Shown: positions 19,210 to 32,425 of the stretch, in pieces
Layout of the letters: every line of letters starts with the position of its first letter
Numbering within the stretch: position 1 is the first letter of the stretch
Assembly: GCA_037440005.1 (NCBI GenBank)
Contig: JBBIUY010000006.1
Location: forward strand, 44,326 to 108,325
Length of the DNA: 64,000 bases
Direction of reading: 5' to 3'
Source of the DNA: Armatimonadota bacterium
GTDB taxonomy: Bacteria; Sysuimicrobiota; Sysuimicrobiia; Sysuimicrobiales; Kaftiobacteriaceae
The notes under the pieces: model-generated
What the model was told of the DNA's origin: nothing
The model's input: the letters and a program-made list of their open reading frames with translations, nothing else
Database searches by the model: none
Translations under genes and position numbers: made by a program

Positions 19210-20331
19210 CTACGGAATCTCCCCCAGCTCCTCGCGCAGCCGCAGCAGGTGCAGCAGGTCGCTGCGGGTGAGGATCCCCACCAGGGTGCCGTCGTCGCCC
19301 ACCACCAGGACGCGGCCGATGCCGTCCTGGGTCATGCGCTCGAAGGCCTCGTAGGCGGACGCCGACGGGCGGACCGTCCGCAGGCGCTGCAGGGGCGTCA
19401 TCACCTCCCGCACGGTGGTGGCCGCCCGCCGCTCCCGGGGGACCTCCTTCACGTCGTGCAGGGTCACGATGCCCAGCAGCCGGTCCCCCCACACCACGGG
19501 AAATCCCCCGTGCTTGAGAGGGAGGAGGTAGTCGGCGATCAGCTGGTCGAGGGTCAGGGCGGGGTCCACGGTGTGCAGCGCGCGGCTCATCACGTCCGCC
19601 ACCCGCACGTCTTCCAGGGCCTGGCGCAGCAGGACCTGCTGGTAGCCGGCCTGCGCCCCGGCGTCCAGGAACCACCCCAGCAGCACAAGCCACAGCCCCC
19701 CGACCACGTTGCCGGTGAAGGCCAGCAGGATGCCGGCGGCGATGAACGCCACCGCCACGCCCTGCCCGGCGCGGGAGGCGATGCGGGTGGCCCGGGTCAG
19801 GTCGCCGGTCATCCCCCACACCAGGGCCCGCAGGACCCGGCCCCCGTCCAGGGGGAAGCCCGGGATCAGGTTGAAGACCGCCAGGGCGGTGTTGGCCCAC
19901 GCCACGTACCCCGCCAGGGCGCCCAGAGCCGTGCCGGAGGCCGCCCACCGACCGGCGGCGGCCAGGGCCGCGACCGCGAGGCTGGTGGCCGGTCCGGCCA
20001 GAGCCACGGCCAGTTCGGCCGGCGCCGTGGGCGGCTCCCGGCCGATCTGGGCCACTCCCCCGAACATGAACAGGACGATGCCGCGGGTGCGGATGCCGTA
20101 GCGGCGGGCAGCCAGGGCGTGCCCCACCTCGTGGGCGACCACCGAGCCGAACAGCAGCAGGGCCGCCGCCAGCCCCATGGTCCAGTAGGTCTCCGGCGGC
20201 AGCCCGGGCAGGCGGGCGGGGAAGTAGGTGCGGGCCAGCGACCACGACAGGACCCACAGGGCGACAAACCACGTATAGTGGACGCCCACAGGGATCCCGG
20301 CAACCCGGCCCAGCCGCAGGGCACCGCGCAT
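19210..20331 (-). CDS. Site-2 protease family (M50) zinc metalloprotease with tandem CBS domains
   Basis: HEVGH zinc motif within TM helices, an LDG motif (GFPLDGGRV), and a C-terminal CBS pair. Confidence 0.8.
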   Translation of the reverse strand: MRGALRLGRVAGIPVGVHYTWFVALWVLSWSLARTYFPARLPGLPPETYWTMGLAAALLLFGSVVAHEVGHALAARRYGIRTRGIVLFMFGGVAQIGREPPTAPAELAVALAGPATSLAVAALAAAGRWAASGTALGALAGYVAWANTALAVFNLIPGFPLDGGRVLRALVWGMTGDLTRATRIASRAGQGVAVAFIAAGILLAFTGNVVGGLWLVLLGWFLDAGAQAGYQQVLLRQALEDVRVADVMSRALHTVDPALTLDQLIADYLLPLKHGGFPVVWGDRLLGIVTLHDVKEVPRERRAATTVREVMTPLQRLRTVRPSASAYEAFERMTQDGIGRVLVVGDDGTLVGILTRSDLLHLLRLREELGEIP

Positions 20332-20454
20332 GGTCGGACGGAGGAGTCTTTCGCCCCCGGGCGGGGACTTCCCCGCCGCCCGGCGGGGTGCGGGGTGGGG
20401 AACCGGGCCGACGACGGCGAAGGTACACCACCCAGATCGTTGCGGGAGGGACCG

Positions 20455-21072
20455 ATGGTTCTGCGACTACTGCCCCGCGAGGAGACGTTCTTCGACCTGC
20501 TCAACCAGGCGGCCCAGGTGATCCTCCAGGCCGCCCGGGCGCTGCAGGAACTGCTGGAAGACTACCGGGACGTGGACCGGCGGGCCGAGGCCATCAAGGC
20601 GCTGGAGGACCAGGGGGATGCCATCGCCCACGCCATCATCGACCGCCTCAACCGCACCTTCGTGACCCCCCTGGACCGGGAGGACATCTTCGCGCTGATC
20701 AAACAGCTGGACAACGTCCTGGACTGGATTGAGGCCACCTCAGCCCGGCTGGCGGTGTACCGCATCCCCCACTCCACCCCGGAGGCCCGGGAGCTGGCCC
20801 ACATCATCGTCAGCCAGTGCGAGGCCATCGTGGAGGCGGTCAGGCACCTCCGGCGGCCCGACCGGGCCGCCGGCCCCGTGCAGGAGATCAACCGGCTGGA
20901 GAACCTGGCCGACCACGTGCAGCGGGACGCCATCGCCCGCCTGTTCGCCGACGCCGCCGACCCCATCACCGTCATCAAGTGGAAGGAGATCTACGAGACC
21001 CTGGAGCAGGCCACCGACCAGGCCGAAGACGTGGCCAACGTGATCGAGAGCATCCACACCAAGAACCTGTGA
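20455..21072 (+). CDS. DUF47/PhoU-like phosphate-transport accessory protein (PitR/YkaA family)
   Basis: Begins [23 protein letters not shown]. It is helical with no TM segment and lies immediately upstream of pit with a TGATG overlap. Confidence 0.8.
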   Translation: MVLRLLPREETFFDLLNQAAQVILQAARALQELLEDYRDVDRRAEAIKALEDQGDAIAHAIIDRLNRTFVTPLDREDIFALIKQLDNVLDWIEATSARLAVYRIPHSTPEARELAHIIVSQCEAIVEAVRHLRRPDRAAGPVQEINRLENLADHVQRDAIARLFADAADPITVIKWKEIYETLEQATDQAEDVANVIESIHTKNL

Positions 21073-22064
21073 TGCCCGCGCTGCCCGGCGGCCTGATCCC
21101 CGTCCTGCTGCTGGTCCTGGCGGCGGAGTTCGTCAACGGGTGGACCGACGCGCCCAACGCCATCGCCACCGTGGTCAGCACCCGGGTCCTGACCCCTGCC
21201 CAGGCGCTGCTGGTGGCCAGCGTCCTCAACGTGCTGGGAGTGCTCAGCGGACAGGCGGTGGCCGTCACCATCGGGCGGGGCATCGTGGACGCCGCCGCCA
21301 TCGACACGGTCACCATCGCCGCGGCCATGGTGGCCATCGTGGTCTGGAGTACCCTGGCCTGGACCCGGGGGTTGCCCACCAGCGAGAGCCACGCCCTGCT
21401 GGCGTCCCTGGCCGGCGCGGGGCTGGCCACCGCCGGTCCCCGGGTCCTGCTGTGGGAGGGGTGGCAGAAAGTCCTGCTGGGGCTGGCCTTCTCCACCTTC
21501 CTGGGCTTTGGCGGAGGATTTGTCCTCATGGTGGCCATCGCCTGGGCCTTCCGCCGGATGTCCCTGGGAGGGGTGCGGCGGCTGTTCGGCCGGTTGCAGG
21601 TGCTGTCGGCGGCGTTCATGGCCTTCAGCCACGGCAGCAACGACGGCCAGAAGTTCATGGGCGTCTTCACCCTGGCGCTGGTCCTGGGCGGCGTCCTGCC
21701 CGAGTTCCACATCCCCCTGTGGGTCATCCTGGTGTGCGCGCTCACCATGGGGGTGGGCACCGCCCTGGGCGGGTGGCGCATTGTCCACACCATGGGACTG
21801 CGCCTGACCAAGCTGGAGCCCTATCAGGGGTTTGCGGCGGAGACGGCCGCCGCCAGCGCCATCGAGCTGGCCAGCCGGCTGGGGGTTCCCCTCAGCACCA
21901 CCCACACCATCAACACCGCCATCATGGGCGTGGGGGCGACCCGGAGGCTGTCGGCCGTACGGTGGGGGGTGGGGGCGGAGATCGTCGCTGCGTGGGTGCT
22001 CACCTTCCCCGTGTGCGCCCTGATCGGGGCCGTGGTCACCTGGGTGCTGCGCGCGGTCCTGTAG
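21072..22064 (+). CDS. pit: Low-affinity inorganic phosphate transporter (PiT family)
   Basis: PiT signature GWTDAPNAIATVVSTR and the C-terminal repeat STTHTINTAIMGVGA. Confidence 0.85.
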   Translation: MPALPGGLIPVLLLVLAAEFVNGWTDAPNAIATVVSTRVLTPAQALLVASVLNVLGVLSGQAVAVTIGRGIVDAAAIDTVTIAAAMVAIVVWSTLAWTRGLPTSESHALLASLAGAGLATAGPRVLLWEGWQKVLLGLAFSTFLGFGGGFVLMVAIAWAFRRMSLGGVRRLFGRLQVLSAAFMAFSHGSNDGQKFMGVFTLALVLGGVLPEFHIPLWVILVCALTMGVGTALGGWRIVHTMGLRLTKLEPYQGFAAETAAASAIELASRLGVPLSTTHTINTAIMGVGATRRLSAVRWGVGAEIVAAWVLTFPVCALIGAVVTWVLRAVL

Positions 22065-22163
22065 CCCGCGGTGTGGTATGATCCCTGGAGGCCGTCGGGC
22101 GGGAATCCCCCGCCCGCGGGAGGCGTTATCCGCTGTGAACGCGACACAGACGGGAGGAGCGCC

Positions 22164-22502
22164 ATGGGCAAGGCCGTGCACGTGAGCGAGCACGACTTCG
22201 ACGCGCAGGTCCTGCAGTCGGACCTGCCGGTGGTGGTGGACTTCTGGGCCGAGTGGTGCGCCCCGTGCCGGATGATCGCCCCCATCATCGAGGAGCTGGC
22301 CGGCGAGTACGCCGGGCGGGTCAAGGTGGTCAAGGTGGACGTGGACAGCAACCCCCACGTCGCCCACCGCTACGGGATCATGAGCATCCCCACCCTGGGG
22401 GTGTTCAAGGGGGGCGAGATGGTGGACCGGGTGGTGGGCTACATGCCCAAACCCGAGCTGAAAAAGCGGCTGGAGAAGATCCTGGGGGCCGCCGTCGGCT
22501 GA
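22164..22502 (+). CDS. trxA: Thioredoxin
   Basis: WAEWCAPCRMIAP active site (WCGPC variant CAPC). Confidence 0.9.
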   Translation: MGKAVHVSEHDFDAQVLQSDLPVVVDFWAEWCAPCRMIAPIIEELAGEYAGRVKVVKVDVDSNPHVAHRYGIMSIPTLGVFKGGEMVDRVVGYMPKPELKKRLEKILGAAVG

Positions 22503-22559
22503 CGGGACCCGCCGACGGATCGCCCCGGCCCGTCGCGTTCGCGACATCCCGATCCGGCA

Positions 22560-23477
22560 TCAGCCCTGTTGGGCCAGCCACCGCTCGGCGTCGATGGCCG
22601 CCTCGCACCCGTAGCCGGCGGCGGTGACGGCCTGGCGGTAGGTGTGGTCGTGGGCGTCGCCGGCCACGAAGACCCCCTCCACGCTGGTCTGGGACCGCAC
22701 CGTGCGGATGATGTAGCCCTGCTCGTCCATGGCCACCTGGCCCCGGAACAGGTCGGTGTTGGGGCGGTGGCCGATGGCCACAAAGACGCCGTCGGTGGGG
22801 CGTTCGGCGATCTGGCCGGTGGTCACGTCCTGCAGGCGCACCCCGGTGACCTTGCCGTCGCCCAGGATGTCCACCACCACCGTGTTCCACAGGAAGCGGA
22901 TCTTCTCGTTGGCCGTGGCCCGCTGCTGCAGGATCTTGCTGGCCCGCAGGCGGTCCCGCCGGTGCACCACCGTCACCGAGCGGGCCAGCTTGGCCAGGTA
23001 CAGGGCTTCCTCCATGGCGGTGTCGCCGCCGCCCACCACCATCACGTCCCGGTCCCGGAAGAAGAACCCGTCGCAGGTGGCGCACGTGCTCACCCCGCGG
23101 CCCATCAGCCGCTGCTCTCCGGGCACGCCCAGCTGCTTGGGCTTGGCGCCGGTGGCGATGATGAGGGCGCGGGTCTCGTAGGTCTCCCCCGACTGGGCGG
23201 TCACCCGGAACGGTCGGACGGACAGGTCCACGGCCACCGCGTCCTCGGCGAGGAACTCGGCGCCCACCCGCTCCGCCTGCCGGCGCATGTCGGCCATCAG
23301 GTCGGGGCCCAGGATGGGCTCGGCGAACCCGGGGTAGTTTTCCACCTCGGTGGTGAGCATCAGCTGGCCGCCCGCCTCGGCCCCCTCGAACACCAGGGGC
23401 TGCAGGCCCGCCCGGGTGGTGTAGATGGCGGCCGTCAGCCCGGCCGGGCCCGATCCCAGGATGATCACGTTGCGCAT
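22560..23477 (-). CDS. trxB: Thioredoxin-disulfide reductase
   Basis: Begins [19 protein letters not shown] (FAD site). Redox-active CATCDG and NADPH site [12 protein letters not shown]. Confidence 0.9.
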   Translation of the reverse strand: MRNVIILGSGPAGLTAAIYTTRAGLQPLVFEGAEAGGQLMLTTEVENYPGFAEPILGPDLMADMRRQAERVGAEFLAEDAVAVDLSVRPFRVTAQSGETYETRALIIATGAKPKQLGVPGEQRLMGRGVSTCATCDGFFFRDRDVMVVGGGDTAMEEALYLAKLARSVTVVHRRDRLRASKILQQRATANEKIRFLWNTVVVDILGDGKVTGVRLQDVTTGQIAERPTDGVFVAIGHRPNTDLFRGQVAMDEQGYIIRTVRSQTSVEGVFVAGDAHDHTYRQAVTAAGYGCEAAIDAERWLAQQG

Positions 23478-23586
23478 AGGGTCCTCACCACTGCACACTA
23501 ACGCCGGGGCCGGCGCCGCCATTCCGCGGGCCGCCGCCCCGTCTTCTTTCACCGGCGGCCCGCCCGCTCCCTGGCGGACACTCCCC

Positions 23587-23603
23587 TGACAATATCATTG
23601 TCA
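23587..23603. promoter_or_regulatory. Perfect 7-3-7 palindrome TGACAAT-ATC-ATTGTCA upstream of hspR, plus a third TTGACAA half-site; candidate operator
   Basis: Read directly from the sequence: tgacaatatcattgtca, followed by acaatcttgacaaaag. It lies about 50 bp upstream of the hspR start. Confidence 0.5.
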
Positions 23604-23650
23604 ACAATCTTGACAAAAGCGATTGCCGGGGGTACCGTAGGGGCCTGGAG

Positions 23651-23977
23651 ATGGCCCGGGTGCGGGGACGGCGAGACGACCTTCCAGTGTACGTGATCAG
23701 CGTGGCGGCCGACCTGACGGGTCTGCACCCGCGGACGCTGCGCATCTACGAGGAGAAAGGCCTCCTGCAGCCGGCGCGGCGCAACCACCAGCGTCTGTAC
23801 TCGGAACGGGACCTGGAGCGGGTGCGCATGATCCGCTACCTGACCCGGGAGGTGGGGCTGAACCTGGCCGGGGTGCGCCTGCTGCTGGAGATGTCCGAGC
23901 GGATGGACTACCGGCGGACCCGGGACGCCATCTCCTGGGTGGTGGAACGCGCGTGGAGGAGGAGGCGAGTGCCATGA
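23651..23977 (+). CDS. hspR: MerR-family heat-shock repressor HspR-like
   Basis: MerR HTH YVISVAADLTGLHPRTLRIYEEKGLLQPARR. It is the first gene of the hsp20-dnaK operon. Confidence 0.75.
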   Translation: MARVRGRRDDLPVYVISVAADLTGLHPRTLRIYEEKGLLQPARRNHQRLYSERDLERVRMIRYLTREVGLNLAGVRLLLEMSERMDYRRTRDAISWVVERAWRRRRVP

Positions 23978-24417
23978 GCCTGATCCGGTGGGACCCCTTC
24001 GACGACCTGGCGTCGCTGCGGGAGTCCATGGACAAGCTGTTCGAGGAGTTCTTCAGCCGCCGGCCCCGGGGGACGGCGGTGACGGCGTGGCAGCCGGCGG
24101 TGGAGGTCTACGAGACCGACACCGAGGTGGTGGTGCGGGCCGAGCTGCCCGGGGTGGACCCCAAGAACGTGGACATCACCGTCACCGAGGACACCCTGAC
24201 CATCAAGGGCGAAGCGCGGGCCGAGCAGGAGGAGAAGGGGCGCAACTACTACCGGCGGGAGCTGCGCTACGGCGCCTTCCTGCGGACCCTGGCCCTGCCC
24301 GAGGAGGTGCAGGGGGACAAGGCCCGGGCTTCGTACCGGAACGGCATCCTGGAGGTCCGGGTCCCCAAGAGCGAGCGGTCGCGGCCCCGCACCGTGAAGG
24401 TGGAAGTGGCCGACTAG
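23974..24417 (+). CDS. Hsp20/alpha-crystallin small heat-shock protein
   Basis: Begins [12 protein letters not shown], with an alpha-crystallin core and the GILEVRVPK motif. The ATG overlaps the hspR stop. Confidence 0.9.
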   Translation: MSLIRWDPFDDLASLRESMDKLFEEFFSRRPRGTAVTAWQPAVEVYETDTEVVVRAELPGVDPKNVDITVTEDTLTIKGEARAEQEEKGRNYYRRELRYGAFLRTLALPEEVQGDKARASYRNGILEVRVPKSERSRPRTVKVEVAD

Positions 24418-24451
24418 CCGGGGGCGGCGCGGACAGGGAGGATCGGCAGCC

Positions 24452-26359
24452 ATGGGCAAGGTGGTGGGCATTGACCTGGGCACGACCAACTCGGTGATCG
24501 CCTGCGTGGTGGGAGGCGAGCCGCAGGTGATCCCCAACGCCGAGGGCAGCCGGCTGACCCCGTCGGTGGTGGCGTTCACCAAGACCGGCGAGCGCCTGGT
24601 GGGCCAGATGGCCAAGCGCCAGGCCATCCTCAACCCCGAGAACACCGTGTACTCCATCAAGCGCTTCATGGGCCGGCGCTACTCGGAGGTGGAGACCGAG
24701 CGCAAGATGGTCCCCTACAAGGTGGAGGAGGGGCCCAACGGCATGGCGGTGGTCCGGCTGCCGGCGGCCGGGCGGACCTTCACCCCCGAGGAGATCTCCG
24801 CCATGATCCTCCAGAAGCTCAAGGCGGACGCCGAGGCCTACCTGGGGGACACGATCACCGAAGCGGTCATCACGGTGCCGGCATACTTCAACGACGCCCA
24901 GCGTACCGCCACCAAGCATGCCGGCGAGATCGCGGGCCTGAAGGTTCTGCGCATCATCAACGAGCCCACCGCCTCCTGCCTGGCCTACGGCCTGGACAAG
25001 AAGGGCGCCGAGACGGTGCTGGTCTTCGACCTGGGCGGGGGGACCTTCGACGTCTCCATCCTGGAGATCGGGGAGGGCGTCTTTGAGGTCAAGGCCACCT
25101 CGGGAGACACCCACCTGGGCGGCGACGACTGGGACGAGCGCATCGTCCACTGGCTGGCCGACCAGTTCAAGCGCGAGCACGGCATCGACCTGCGGCAGGA
25201 TCGCCAGGCGCTGCAGCGGCTGCGGGAGGCCGCCGAGCGGGCCAAGATCGAGCTGTCCACGGTGACCCAGACCACCATCAACCTGCCCTTCATCACCGCC
25301 GACGCCACCGGGCCCAAGCACCTGGACTACGTGCTGACCCGGGCCAAGTTCGAGGAGCTGACCGCCGACCTGGTGGAGCGGTGCATCGGCCCGTTCAAGC
25401 AGGCCCTGGCCGACGCCAAGATGACCGAGAAGGACCTGGACGAGGTCATCCTGGTGGGCGGGTCCACCCGCATGCCCATGATCCAGGAGCTGGTGCGCCG
25501 CCTGACGGGCAAGGAGCCCAACAAGGAGGTGCACCCCGACGAGGTGGTGGCCGTGGGCGCGGCCATCCAGGCCGGCGTGCTGGCGGGCACGGTGCGGGAG
25601 GTGGTGCTGCTGGACGTCACGCCCCTGTCCCTGGGCGTGGAGACCCTGGGCGGCGTGATGACGGTCCTGATCCCCCGCAACACCACCATCCCCACCCGCA
25701 AGAGCGAGATCTTCACCACCGCCGCCGACGACCAGACCCAGGTGGAGATCCACGTGCTGCAGGGCGAGCGGCCCATGGCCCGGGACAACCGCACCCTGGG
25801 CCGCTTCATCCTGGACGGGATCCCGCCGGCGCGCCGGGGCGTGCCCAAGATCGAGGTGACCTTCGACATCGACGCCAACGGCATCCTCAGCGTCACCGCC
25901 AAGGACACCGCCACCGGGCGGGAGCAGTCCATCAAGATCACCGGCACCTCCACCCTCTCCAAGGAGGAAGTGGAGCGGATGGTCAAGGAGGCGGAGCGGT
26001 ACGCCGAGGAGGACCGCCGCAAGCGCGAGGTGGCCGAGACCCGCAACCGGGGCGACTCGCTGGTGTACCAGACCGAGCGCATGCTCCGGGAGGTGGGCGA
26101 CAAGATCTCCGCCGCCGAGCGCCAGCAGGTGGAGGCCAAACTGCGCGACCTCAAGGACGCCCTGGCCACCGACGACGTGGCCCGCATCCGCCGCGCCATC
26201 GACGACCTGCAGCAGGCCAGCTTCAAGCTCACCGAGGCCATGTACGCCCGGGCGGCGGCCTCGGGCGGGTCGGCGCGGCCGGGGCCCGACGGGCCCGCCG
26301 GCGGGACGGGCGGCGAGGACGTGATCGACGCCGACTACAAGAAGGCCGACGACCGCTAG
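24452..26359 (+). CDS. dnaK: Chaperone DnaK (Hsp70)
   Basis: 635 aa starting GIDLGTTNS, with DLGGGTFD and the other Hsp70 signatures. Confidence 0.97.
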   Translation: MGKVVGIDLGTTNSVIACVVGGEPQVIPNAEGSRLTPSVVAFTKTGERLVGQMAKRQAILNPENTVYSIKRFMGRRYSEVETERKMVPYKVEEGPNGMAVVRLPAAGRTFTPEEISAMILQKLKADAEAYLGDTITEAVITVPAYFNDAQRTATKHAGEIAGLKVLRIINEPTASCLAYGLDKKGAETVLVFDLGGGTFDVSILEIGEGVFEVKATSGDTHLGGDDWDERIVHWLADQFKREHGIDLRQDRQALQRLREAAERAKIELSTVTQTTINLPFITADATGPKHLDYVLTRAKFEELTADLVERCIGPFKQALADAKMTEKDLDEVILVGGSTRMPMIQELVRRLTGKEPNKEVHPDEVVAVGAAIQAGVLAGTVREVVLLDVTPLSLGVETLGGVMTVLIPRNTTIPTRKSEIFTTAADDQTQVEIHVLQGERPMARDNRTLGRFILDGIPPARRGVPKIEVTFDIDANGILSVTAKDTATGREQSIKITGTSTLSKEEVERMVKEAERYAEEDRRKREVAETRNRGDSLVYQTERMLREVGDKISAAERQQVEAKLRDLKDALATDDVARIRRAIDDLQQASFKLTEAMYARAAASGGSARPGPDGPAGGTGGEDVIDADYKKADDR

Positions 26360-26374
26360 GAGCGCCTGCGGGGG

Positions 26375-26953
26375 ATGCCCATGGAGGAACGGCTGGATCA
26401 GGTCCCGCCCCCCGCCGGGAGCGGGGCGGAGGCGGAGACGGCGCCCGCCCCGCCCGCCTCCGCAGAGACCCCGACGCCCGAGGAGGTCATCGCCGAGCTT
26501 CGGGCGGAGGTCGAGCGCCTGCGGGCGGAGGCGGAGAGGAACTGGCAGCAGTTCCTGCACGCCGCCGCCGACCTGGAAAACTACAAGAGGCAGGCCGCCC
26601 GCCAGCGGGAAGACGCCGTCCAGCGGGCCCGCCACTCGCTGCTGGCGGTGATCCTGGCCGTGGTGGACACCCTGGAGCGGGCGCTGGAGCACGCCGGCGG
26701 CGACGGCGCGGCGATCCTGGAGGGGATCCGGATGACCCACCGGCAGGTCCTGGACCTGCTGGCGAACATGGGGGTCCGGCCGATGGAGGCCCGGGGGCAG
26801 CCCTTTGACCCCCGCTACCACGAGGCGGTGGACGTGGTCTCCCCCGACGAGCACGGCGTCGCTCCCGGGACGGTGGTGGAGGAAGTGCAGCGGGGCTACC
26901 TGCTGAACGGAGAGGTGCTGCGGCCGGCGCGGGTGCGGGTGGCGAAGGTCTAG
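26375..26953 (+). CDS. grpE: Nucleotide exchange factor GrpE
   Basis: Coiled-coil followed by a GrpE beta domain (LRPARVRVAK). Confidence 0.9.
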   Translation: MPMEERLDQVPPPAGSGAEAETAPAPPASAETPTPEEVIAELRAEVERLRAEAERNWQQFLHAAADLENYKRQAARQREDAVQRARHSLLAVILAVVDTLERALEHAGGDGAAILEGIRMTHRQVLDLLANMGVRPMEARGQPFDPRYHEAVDVVSPDEHGVAPGTVVEEVQRGYLLNGEVLRPARVRVAKV

Positions 26954-26975
26954 CGGGCCGGGGCGGAGGGGCGGG

Positions 26976-27932
26976 ATGGAGTTCAAGGACTACTATCGGA
27001 TCCTGGGCGTGGACCGGGACGCCGACCAGAAGGCCATCGCGGCCGCCTTCCGCCGCCTGGCCCGCCAGTACCATCCCGACGTCAACAGGACCCGGGAGGC
27101 CGAGGAGAAGTTCAAGGAGATCAACGAGGCCTACCAGGTGCTGGGCGATCCCCAGCGCCGCGCCCGGTACGACCAGATGTACGACGCCTACCGCCGCGGA
27201 GGGGTGGACTGGCAGCAGGTCTTCGGCGCGCCCGGCGCGCCGGGCGGGTGGACGGTGACCGTCGGAGGCGACGTCGACCTGGAGGACCTGCTGGCGGGGA
27301 TGGGCTTTTCGGACTTCTTCAGGCGCTTTTTTGGCGCCGACTTTGCGGAGGCCCGGCGTGCGGGCCGGGCCGGCCGCAGGCGGGTAGGCGTGGAGGAGGC
27401 CGCCGGCGCGCCGCCGGCGCCCGCCGCCACGGTCACGGTCACCCTGGAGGAGGCGTTTACCGGCACCCGCAAGTCCGTGGTGGTGCCCCTCAACGGCGCC
27501 TCCCGGCGGTTTGACGTCTCCATCCCTCCGGGAGTGCGGGACGGCCAGCGGATCCGGCTGCCGGGGGCGCTGGAGGGGCAGGACGTCTACCTGGTGGTGC
27601 AGGTGCAGCCCCACCCGGTGTTCGCCCGTCAGGAGGACCACGTGGTGGTGGAAGTCCCGGTGACGCCGTCGGAGGCGGTCCTGGGCGCCCGGATCGAGGT
27701 CCCGACCCTGGAGGGCAAGGTGGAGATGGTCCTGCCCCCCGGCACCCAGAACGGGCAGACGTTCCGCCTGCGCGGGCTGGGCATGCCCCGGCGCGAGGGC
27801 GGGCGCGGCGACCAGCTGGTGCGGGTGAAGGTGGTCGTCCCCACGGACCCCACGCCCCGAGAAAGGCAGCTGTACGAGGAACTGGCCCGGCTGCGCCGGG
27901 ACAACCCGCGGGCGTCGTGGGGATGCCGCTGA
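26976..27932 (+). CDS. dnaJ: DnaJ-family co-chaperone of CbpA/Thermus type: J domain plus C-terminal domains, no Cys-rich zinc finger
   Basis: J domain YYRILGVDRDADQKAIAAAFRRLARQYHPDVN with HPD. No CxxCxGxG repeats are present anywhere. C-terminal beta domains are present. Confidence 0.8.
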   Translation: MEFKDYYRILGVDRDADQKAIAAAFRRLARQYHPDVNRTREAEEKFKEINEAYQVLGDPQRRARYDQMYDAYRRGGVDWQQVFGAPGAPGGWTVTVGGDVDLEDLLAGMGFSDFFRRFFGADFAEARRAGRAGRRRVGVEEAAGAPPAPAATVTVTLEEAFTGTRKSVVVPLNGASRRFDVSIPPGVRDGQRIRLPGALEGQDVYLVVQVQPHPVFARQEDHVVVEVPVTPSEAVLGARIEVPTLEGKVEMVLPPGTQNGQTFRLRGLGMPRREGGRGDQLVRVKVVVPTDPTPRERQLYEELARLRRDNPRASWGCR

Positions 27933-27941
27933 CGGCGAGGT

Positions 27942-30575
<2,634 letters not shown>

Positions 30576-30627
30576 CCGGTCCCCCGGAGCCCCGGGGAGC
30601 GGGGAGGCGCGTATCCTCTACCTGAGC

Positions 30628-32109
30628 GTGGTGACTAGCGGCGCGGTCCTTCTGGCGCTGGAGATCCTGGCCAGCCGGATCGTGGCCCCCACCTTCGGGA
30701 ACTCCGTCTACGTCTGGGGCAGCCTGATCGGCACCTTCCTGGCCGCCCTGGCCGGCGGCTACGCCCTGGGAGGGCGGGTGGCGGACCGCTGGCCCACCTC
30801 CGGCGGCTTCGCCGCGGTGGTCTTTGCCGCAGGCGCCCTGGTGTTCCCCATTCCCCTGGTGGCGCCCCGGGTCCTGGAGGCGGTGGAGGCGGCATCGGCG
30901 GGACCGCGCGCGGGGCCTCTGCTGGCCTGCCTGGTCCTGTTCCTGCCGCCGGGGGTCGTGATGGGGATGGTGTCGCCGTACGCCGTCCGCTTGCGGGCGC
31001 GGGCCGTGACCGCACTGGGAGGCGTGGCCGGCACCCTGTACGCCCTGTCCACCGCCGGCAGCCTCGCGGGCACCCTGCTGGCCTCCTTCGTGGTGCTGAA
31101 CCACTGGACCGTCCCCGCCATCGTCCACGGCCTGGGCGCCCTCCTGCTCGCCCTGGGGGTGGCCACCTGGCTGGCCGCCCGGCGGGTGGTGGCGGCCGGA
31201 TCGGCCGCCCTGGCGGCGGCGGTGCTGCTGGGCCTGCCGGCCGTTCGCGGTCCCGCCGCCGCGCCGGTGGGGCTGCGGCACCTGCAGGACACGGTATACC
31301 ACCGCATCACCGTCACCGACGAAGGGGGCATCCGCTACCTGAAGCTGGACAACTACTGGCAGAGCGGGCTGGACCTGGCCAGCCCGCGGCGGACGGTGTT
31401 CCCTTACGCCGACTACATGCACCTGCCGGTGCTGCTGGCGCCCGACGCCCGACGGGTCCTGATGGTCGGCCTGGGCGGGGGCACGGTGCCCGTCCGCTAC
31501 CACCAGGACTACCCGGCGATGACCATCGACGTGGTGGAACTCGACCCCGCCGTCATCCAGGTGGCCCGCCGGTACTTCGCCGTGCCCGCCGACCGGCGGC
31601 TGCGCCTGGTGGCGCAGGACGGCCGGCTGTTCATCGCGCGCTCTCCCGAGCGCTACGACATCATCCTCCTGGACGCGTACCTGATCGACACCATCCCGTT
31701 CCACCTGGCCACCCGGGAGTTCTTCGCCTCCGCCCGCGCGCGCCTGGCGCCGGGCGGCGTCCTGGCCAGCAACGTCATCGGCGCCCTGGACGGACCCCGC
31801 AGCGGTCTGTTCCGGGCGGTCTACCGGACCCTCCGGGCGGTCTTTCCCACCGTGTACGTCTTCCCGGTGGAGTGGGGCCGGTTCGACGTCCCGGAAGCCC
31901 TGCGGAACATCATCCTGGTGGCCACCGACCGGCCCCGCCTGGCCCCGGAGCAGCTGCGGGTCCTGGCGGCGCGGGCGCGCCGGCACCCCGGGGTGACCGT
32001 GGACGGGTGGGAGGAGGCGGTGGGCGACCTGTACGAGGAGTCCATCCGGGTGGACGACGTCCCCCTCCTGACCGACGACTACGCCCCGGTGGAGACGCTG
32101 ATCCGGTAG
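30628..32109 (+). CDS. Membrane-embedded polyamine aminopropyltransferase (spermidine synthase-like) with an N-terminal multi-TM domain
   Basis: About 210 aa with 6-7 TM helices, then a PABS fold (VLMVGLGGGTVPV, IDVVELDP, DIIILDAY). Confidence 0.75.
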   Translation: MVTSGAVLLALEILASRIVAPTFGNSVYVWGSLIGTFLAALAGGYALGGRVADRWPTSGGFAAVVFAAGALVFPIPLVAPRVLEAVEAASAGPRAGPLLACLVLFLPPGVVMGMVSPYAVRLRARAVTALGGVAGTLYALSTAGSLAGTLLASFVVLNHWTVPAIVHGLGALLLALGVATWLAARRVVAAGSAALAAAVLLGLPAVRGPAAAPVGLRHLQDTVYHRITVTDEGGIRYLKLDNYWQSGLDLASPRRTVFPYADYMHLPVLLAPDARRVLMVGLGGGTVPVRYHQDYPAMTIDVVELDPAVIQVARRYFAVPADRRLRLVAQDGRLFIARSPERYDIILLDAYLIDTIPFHLATREFFASARARLAPGGVLASNVIGALDGPRSGLFRAVYRTLRAVFPTVYVFPVEWGRFDVPEALRNIILVATDRPRLAPEQLRVLAARARRHPGVTVDGWEEAVGDLYEESIRVDDVPLLTDDYAPVETLIR

Positions 32110-32153
32110 CCGGGACCTATAATGGTGTCGATTCCCGTGCCGGCGGAGCAGGT

Positions 32154-32363
32154 ATGCCCGTTCTCAAACTCTACATCGGCGACATAATCCAGACCCGCAA
32201 GACCCATCCCTGCGGCAGCGACCGCTGGGTCATCGAGCGGCTGGGCGCCGATGTGGGCATCCGCTGCCAAGGGTGCGGTCGCTACGTGCTGATGGAGCGC
32301 GCCCGGCTGGAGCGGCGCATCCGCAAGTTCATCAGCCGCCCCCAGGCGGAGCCCGAGCCGTGA
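32154..32363 (+). CDS. Small DUF951-like protein with a CxxC...CxxC pattern (69 aa)
   Basis: MPVLKLYIGDIIQTRKTHPCGSDRWVIERLGADVGIRCQGCGRYVLMERARL. Found by the internal Met of the 31872..32363 ORF. Confidence 0.55.
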   Translation: MPVLKLYIGDIIQTRKTHPCGSDRWVIERLGADVGIRCQGCGRYVLMERARLERRIRKFISRPQAEPEP

Positions 32364-32425
32364 CGGCGCCTGCGGCTCGTCGGAGCGAGTAAGCCCGCAG
32401 CGGGCGGGGCACAGGGTCGGATGGT

